Source of the DNA: Candidatus Hermodarchaeota archaeon
Lineage (GTDB): Archaea > Asgardarchaeota > Heimdallarchaeia > Hodarchaeales > Hodarchaeaceae
Assembly (NCBI GenBank): GCA_048886185.1
Contig: JBHLKY010000006.1
Location: forward strand, 177,067-209,066
Reading direction: 5' to 3'
DNA: 32,000 nucleotides
Below, in pieces: positions 27,340 to 32,000 of the stretch (the first letter of the stretch is position 1; each line of letters starts with the position of its first letter). The notes below the pieces were generated by a model that saw nothing but the letters and a program-made list of their open reading frames with translations, did not search any database and had not been told where the DNA came from. A program made the position numbers and the translations under genes.

Positions 27340-27859
27340 AAAGAAAAACCAGATTGGCCTAATTGGTGACTCACAAATCCGCTCAAAATTCCAGTATGAA
27401 CTCTGTTATGAGATTGGTAGAGAAATTGCCAATTCAGACGCGATTCTCATATGTGGGGGGAGAGGAGGTGTGATGGATGCTGCTTGTAAAGGTGTTTATG
27501 ATGCAGGGGGAATTTCTGTTGGTATTCTACCAACAGATGAAAGAGATCCTGAAGTTAATCAATATACAACAATAAAAATACCCACGTTTTTATATTGGGC
27601 GCGAAATGCCTTAGTGCCTTTAGCTTCAGATGGTGTGATTGCTTGTGGAGGAAGGGCAGGTACTCTGAGCGAGTTAGCATTCACTTGTATTTATCAAAAA
27701 CCCCTTGTTTGTATTACCACTATTCCAGGTTGGAGCAAAGAGATCGGTGAGCGTGGATTTATTGAACAACGAAGTTCCAAAGTACAAATCATGACAGCAA
27801 AAACAGCAAAAGACGCTGTTAAAAAAGTTCTTGAAGCCATTTCACTGTTTAAACAATGA
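27329..27859 (+). CDS. LOG/TIGR00725 family Rossmann-fold protein
   Basis: ICGGRGGVMDAACKG, ARNALVPLASDGVIACGGRAGTLSELAF. ATG 27329 is preferred over TTG 27314. Confidence 0.88.
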   Translation: MVIRKKNQIGLIGDSQIRSKFQYELCYEIGREIANSDAILICGGRGGVMDAACKGVYDAGGISVGILPTDERDPEVNQYTTIKIPTFLYWARNALVPLASDGVIACGGRAGTLSELAFTCIYQKPLVCITTIPGWSKEIGERGFIEQRSSKVQIMTAKTAKDAVKKVLEAISLFKQ

Positions 27860-28663
27860 GAAAAGTCCAGAACTGGGTTTTTTGTGTAGAATTTCCGAAA
27901 TACCCTCACATAATGCTTTTAATAACCCATCTTTTTTTGGATTGATAAAATCAGGGTAATCAGTTACTATAAAATGAAACTCAGATTCATCAGATGCCTG
28001 TACCGCATCAAATATTCTATTAGCAATCTCAAGATAGATTTTATCATCTGACTCAATTGGTTCCTCTATCTTAAGATACTGTCCACAGTCTTCGATTTCG
28101 TAAGCATTAATTTCAGCTAAGGTTAAATATGTTCTCATTTTTGGAGATAGAACGGATAAAGTTTTGCTCCAAGAGTACAAAGTTTCAAAACATAATACAT
28201 AATCCTTTTTGTAACATAACAATCCTGCATAACAATAATAAAGGGAAGAAATTACTTCATAAGGATAGTTGGCTTCAAGAATCAGACTTTGTAATTGTGA
28301 AAGGAATTCTGACCTCTGAAAAACCTTTTCTATTATAATTCGATTACAAATTGTCTGGACACAACTATCAAGAGAGGCTTTCGTCAATTCTACTAAAGAT
28401 TCGGAGATTAATTCAGCATAAGCCCGTTCATTAACTTTCTGACTAGTCCTCATTATAAGAACAAGGACTAATTCACAAGCAAGCCTTTTTTGATTTCCAG
28501 AAGTAAAAAGAGGTACCGCCTTTGAAATTACTACTTTAGCTTGATCAGGTTTACCATAACGAAATGCTCTTTGAATAGCTCCTTGTAACATTTGAAAACC
28601 ATCAAACCAATGTCCATTTTTGATTTCATCTAGTCCTCTGCTTATCCAAGGATCTGTTATCAT
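27842..28663 (-). CDS. Alpha-solenoid protein, candidate Get4/TRC35-like
   Basis: All-helical, 273 aa from ATG 28663 (AGGAG upstream). N- and C-terminal segments resemble recalled yeast Get4 (see findings). The CDS is confident; the family call is tentative. Confidence 0.55.
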   Translation of the reverse strand: MITDPWISRGLDEIKNGHWFDGFQMLQGAIQRAFRYGKPDQAKVVISKAVPLFTSGNQKRLACELVLVLIMRTSQKVNERAYAELISESLVELTKASLDSCVQTICNRIIIEKVFQRSEFLSQLQSLILEANYPYEVISSLYYCYAGLLCYKKDYVLCFETLYSWSKTLSVLSPKMRTYLTLAEINAYEIEDCGQYLKIEEPIESDDKIYLEIANRIFDAVQASDESEFHFIVTDYPDFINPKKDGLLKALCEGISEILHKKPSSGLFSLFKQ

Positions 28664-29270
28664 TTTTGTTCTCCTATTATGCCAGATTCTGTATTCTTGA
28701 GGGATTTTTAGGATCAGCATTTTCTAAAAGAAAACAGTCCACTATGTTCTACCTCTGGTTATACATTTAGTTAAAGATCTTCATTTTAACAAAATTAATG
28801 ACGAGTTCAAAAAGTATTACCAAAGAAGAATTGAGACATTTTATCAATAAGGACTTTAAGACATAAAGAGAACTTAGTTTGATTAGACTAATCATACTAG
28901 AACTGTGATGATCCTCAACATTCGGAGTATTATATCTTGATTTAATGATATAATGCCTAAACACCTAATCGTTAATAATTTAAAACAATATTTTATCAAG
29001 GTTTTCTTTTTTAACTGCTTATAGGTTAATCCTCAAAACCTAAATGATAACTGGAAAACTGACAATCTTTCTGAACTAAGGATTAATGAATTCTAGAGAA
29101 AATTTAAATGGATACCAAAGTCTAAAGCTGAACATAGTATTTCTTTACTTAATAAGTTAAGATTTTAAAATACCGCGCGAATAGCCAAATATATTATAGT
29201 TAAATGTATTTAATTAACAAGAACAATCAAGCTTTATAAAATCGTAAAGGGTACAAAGTGTGGATAAGCC

Positions 29271-30224
29271 TTGAGCGACTCGGAATATGTTAAGAAATGG
29301 TCTGTAGAAGATGATGGCACTTTAACTCCCGTCTCTCTTTCCTCAACATCAGATCTTGCTAATGATAACGTTTTCATAATTGTAGATGAAAATGCACGCA
29401 AAATCTTCATTTGGAAGGGGGAGAAAGCACCTGTAAGGAGAAAATTCATTTCAGCAAAATCTGCGCAACAAATGAGAGCTGAGGAGTATGGAATGGTCTA
29501 CAGGATAGAAAGCCTTGATCCAGGGCTTGAAGGTGCTGATTTTCTCGCGATATTTGGGGAAACAGTTAGACCCGATGAAACAACAACAGCAGCAGGCTCA
29601 GAATCAGAGGTTTATGTCAAACCAGTAACAGCCACAACACATGCGCCAACAGCAGCGCCAGCTCGCGCCCCAACAGCAGCCCCAGCTCGCACCCCAGCAG
29701 CAGCGCCAACTCGCGCCCCAACAGCAGCGCCAACTCGCGCGCCAACAGCAGCACCAGCTCGCGCCCCAATAGCAACAACAACTCATGCCCCTGCAGCAGT
29801 TCCAACCCCTAAACAAGCTCCGACACCAGCTCATGCATCAAAAGTTGTAAAAGAAACTGAAGTCGTAGTAACTGAACCTGTTAAAGTTATTACGCCTACA
29901 ACGCTTGAGGAAGTATCTATAAAACTTAAGGACATAGAAATACCTGATAATATGGAACGTGAAATCATCATTATTGGTAACTTGGTTTTTTCTGTTATCA
30001 AAGAACATTTAGCTCTTTTTGCAAAAGATGTTGTTAAGTTAGAACCAATGGATGATCTCCCCTCAGGAATTTTCCCTGCTGCAGATTATCAAGTACGATT
30101 ATTTATAGAAAATGGAAGAGTTATCTTTACAGAACTTCTTAGACAAAAAACACGATCAGAGAGAGAAGAATTCATTGATGATATGCGTAAATCTCTCCAA
30201 GATTTATCAAAGATGGGAATTTAA
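29271..30224 (+). CDS. Asgard one-domain gelsolin + domain X (1DGelX-type) actin regulator
   Basis: Gelsolin domain LANDNVFIIVDENARKIFIWKGEKAPVRRKFISAKSA...GLEGADFLAIF, an A/P/T linker, and C-terminal IPDNMEREIIIIGN...LPSGIFPAADYQVRLFIENGRV resembling recalled domain X. Confidence 0.85.
   Translation: MSDSEYVKKWSVEDDGTLTPVSLSSTSDLANDNVFIIVDENARKIFIWKGEKAPVRRKFISAKSAQQMRAEEYGMVYRIESLDPGLEGADFLAIFGETVRPDETTTAAGSESEVYVKPVTATTHAPTAAPARAPTAAPARTPAAAPTRAPTAAPTRAPTAAPARAPIATTTHAPAAVPTPKQAPTPAHASKVVKETEVVVTEPVKVITPTTLEEVSIKLKDIEIPDNMEREIIIIGNLVFSVIKEHLALFAKDVVKLEPMDDLPSGIFPAADYQVRLFIENGRVIFTELLRQKTRSEREEFIDDMRKSLQDLSKMGI
29643..29774 (+). repeat. 24-bp coding tandem repeat (~5.5 copies; APTAAP(A/T)R)
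   Basis: Units at 29643, 29667, 29691, 29715, 29739 and a partial unit at 29763; GC-rich relative to the flanks; in frame. Confidence 0.95.
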
Positions 30225-30246
30225 GTGATTATTTGGAGAACCTAAA

Positions 30247-30783
30247 GTGACCGATGAATATTTACTCAAAATTTGTGCTATTGGGTCAGGTAGTGTAGGT
30301 AAAACCTCGTTGATTAGGAGATTTGCAGAAGGGAAGTTTACTACAAACTATTTACCTACGCTAGGGGTAGATATTACAACTAAACAGGTCCATGTAGATG
30401 GCAACAATGTTAAACTAATCCTTGTAGACACAGCAGGTCAAGAGTTTTTTGGTAAATTACGACCAAGCTATTATCGAGGGGCTTCTGCTTGTCTTATAAT
30501 GTTTGCTCTTGATGAAAAATCCTCGTTTGATGCTATCCCTGACTGGCTAGCGGAGTTTCGGAAGCATATTCCTGAACCTGCAGTTCCAATTGCCTTAGCT
30601 GGAAACAAAAAAGATCTTGTTGATAAACGGCAAATCTCTACTGACGAAGCTCATTCATTGGCAAAAGACTATGACATGACATATTATGAAACATCTGCAA
30701 AATTGGGTGGTGCTGAGATCGAAGAAATATTTGTTGGTTTAACAAGACGTGTCCTACAACAGAAACAAGAGAATATCGTTTAA
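30247..30783 (+). CDS. Rab-like small GTPase
   Basis: YLLKICAIGSGSVGKT, PTLGVD, VDTAGQE, YYRGA, GNKKD, ETSAK; GTG start; no C-terminal Cys. Confidence 0.95.
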   Translation: MTDEYLLKICAIGSGSVGKTSLIRRFAEGKFTTNYLPTLGVDITTKQVHVDGNNVKLILVDTAGQEFFGKLRPSYYRGASACLIMFALDEKSSFDAIPDWLAEFRKHIPEPAVPIALAGNKKDLVDKRQISTDEAHSLAKDYDMTYYETSAKLGGAEIEEIFVGLTRRVLQQKQENIV

Positions 30784-30821
30784 AAATCATTTACATCGAA
30801 TGAAAAACCCAGGGATTAACA

Positions 30822-31574
30822 ATGCAAGCAAACTCTGACTTTGAAGTCATAAAAAGAGACCATCAGGGTGTTCCAGTAGTTAAAATAGTGTTTTGGGGGC
30901 CGACTTTAGCTGGAAAGACTACTGCACTCACAATTACAAAGGTATTAAAGAGTCTGGAAGATCCAGAAAATGTGTACAAATTTCTAAAATTAGAAGATCC
31001 CACAGGAAGGACGTTGTTCTTCGATCAGGCCATTTTTGGAGTAGGAAGAACCTCGGCTGGATTACCCATTCTGAAGTACCATCTTTTCACTGTTCCTGGT
31101 CAGGAGCGCCATGCTGGCCAACGAAAAGTTGTTTTACGCGGAGCACATGGATTAATTGTTGTCATTGATTCGGAAAAAACTAGATGGGAAGAAAATAAGT
31201 TCTCTTTACAAGAAATTAACACTCTTGCTGGAGATAAGCTAACCAGCGGAGCTTTACCTTATCATATTATGCTGAATAAGATGGATCTCCCTAAAGAACA
31301 GCGAATATCATCCTTGGAAGTAGGGAAATTACTTAGTGAATCAGGAGTAGCTACAAGTCTAAGAGATGCAGCTGTTAGAATAGTTGAAGTGTCCTGTCTC
31401 GAAGCTAGGGATGACCTAAAGAAATTACTTTCAGAAAGCGATCGAAGCACGATTGTAGATGCCAATGGGAGATTAAAAAAAGAAATTCGTCCGCCAAGTG
31501 TTACTCGTGTTATTAAATCTGTTGAAAGTCTGATTCGTGAAATTATTATTCAGATGATGAAACAGCAAAGTTAA
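30822..31574 (+). CDS. MglA-like small GTPase
   Basis: KIVFWGPTLAGKTT, TGRTLFFD, YHLFTVPGQ, LRGAHGLIVVIDS and LNKMD match MglA signatures (TVPGQ replacing DxxGQ; RTLFFD switch I). Confidence 0.88.
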   Translation: MQANSDFEVIKRDHQGVPVVKIVFWGPTLAGKTTALTITKVLKSLEDPENVYKFLKLEDPTGRTLFFDQAIFGVGRTSAGLPILKYHLFTVPGQERHAGQRKVVLRGAHGLIVVIDSEKTRWEENKFSLQEINTLAGDKLTSGALPYHIMLNKMDLPKEQRISSLEVGKLLSESGVATSLRDAAVRIVEVSCLEARDDLKKLLSESDRSTIVDANGRLKKEIRPPSVTRVIKSVESLIREIIIQMMKQQS

Positions 31575-31688
31575 TTGAATCAATTGGTTGAGATCCTTAT
31601 AGTCAATATAATCATGCGTTTCTCCTTTTTTCTCAGATGATATTTTCAAATTTTGGGCTAGAACTCTCTATAAGGAGAAAAAATTTAA

Positions 31689-32000
31689 ATGCGAATTTCT
31701 ATAACAGATCCTAAGGTTATTCCGATCGCTGTAAAAGAGTTTCAAAAGGGGTCGATTGTAATCTTCCCAACGGATACAAGTTATGGATTGGGAACGGTCG
31801 GATTAAAGTGGAATGATAGGAACATAAGGCAAATCTATGACATCAAGTCGCGACCCCTTGATAACCCATTAAGTCTTCTCATTACTAAGGATATGTTAAC
31901 AAACTTCGTAAAAATATCCTCACAGACTCAAGAGATTTTAGCAAAAGGCTGGCCTGGAGGACTTACAGTAGTTTTGACTTGTAGATCCGAAACGTCTCAG
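31689..32000 (+). CDS. sua5: L-threonylcarbamoyladenylate synthase (Sua5/TsaC), 3'-truncated (not in ORF track)
   Basis: Manual translation: MRISITDPKVIPIAVKEFQKGSIVIFPTDTSYGLG...IYDIKSRPLDNPLSLL...WPGGLTVVL. Confidence 0.93.
   Translation, partial: MRISITDPKVIPIAVKEFQKGSIVIFPTDTSYGLGTVGLKWNDRNIRQIYDIKSRPLDNPLSLLITKDMLTNFVKISSQTQEILAKGWPGGLTVVLTCRSETSQ

Noticed and set aside
28798-28866. Short ORF MTSSKSITKEELRHFINKDFKT*, with a protein-like continuation after the stop
   Set aside because: Only 22 codons with no clear RBS or motif; cannot be distinguished from chance.
29604-29834. Cys/Trp-rich and Leu-rich antisense ORFs
   Set aside because: Shadows of the 24-bp repeat in the gelsolin linker.
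26197-30783. Lack of C-terminal prenylation cysteines on the Rab-like GTPases
   Set aside because: Expected for archaeal small GTPases; not novel.
1-32000. Mobile elements or genetic-code reassignment
   Set aside because: No transposase/integrase motifs or terminal repeats were seen; conserved genes are full length under the standard code with all three stop codons used.

Overview
AT-rich archaeal chromosomal window, most likely from an Asgard archaeon (Heimdallarchaeia-like). The lineage is inferred from co-occurring archaeal markers (egsA, aTrm56, COG1202 helicase, geranylgeranyl reductase, class III pilin leader) and eukaryotic-signature proteins (gelsolin + domain X, two Rab-like GTPases). 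The left half holds housekeeping, lipid and envelope genes: helicase, PMM/PGM, RNase HII, G1PDH, a UPF0104 flippase-like protein, ArgRS, a PLP aminotransferase, a BshC-like protein, a 1002-aa pilin-adhesin and GGR. The right half (21.3-31.6 kb) is rich in candidate cytoskeleton/trafficking genes: a Pro-rich repeat protein coupled to a divergent gelsolin-like protein, a TrmB regulator split by a ~500-aa helical insert, a Rab-like GTPase, a candidate Get4/TRC35-like solenoid and a gelsolin(1DGelX)-Rab-MglA operon. Two genes cut by the window edges are missing from the ORF track: a Zn-finger coiled-coil paralog (<1..506) and sua5/tsaC (31689..>32000). I found no rRNA, tRNA, CRISPR array or mobile element. 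All homology calls come from motif recognition and recalled sequences, not database searches.
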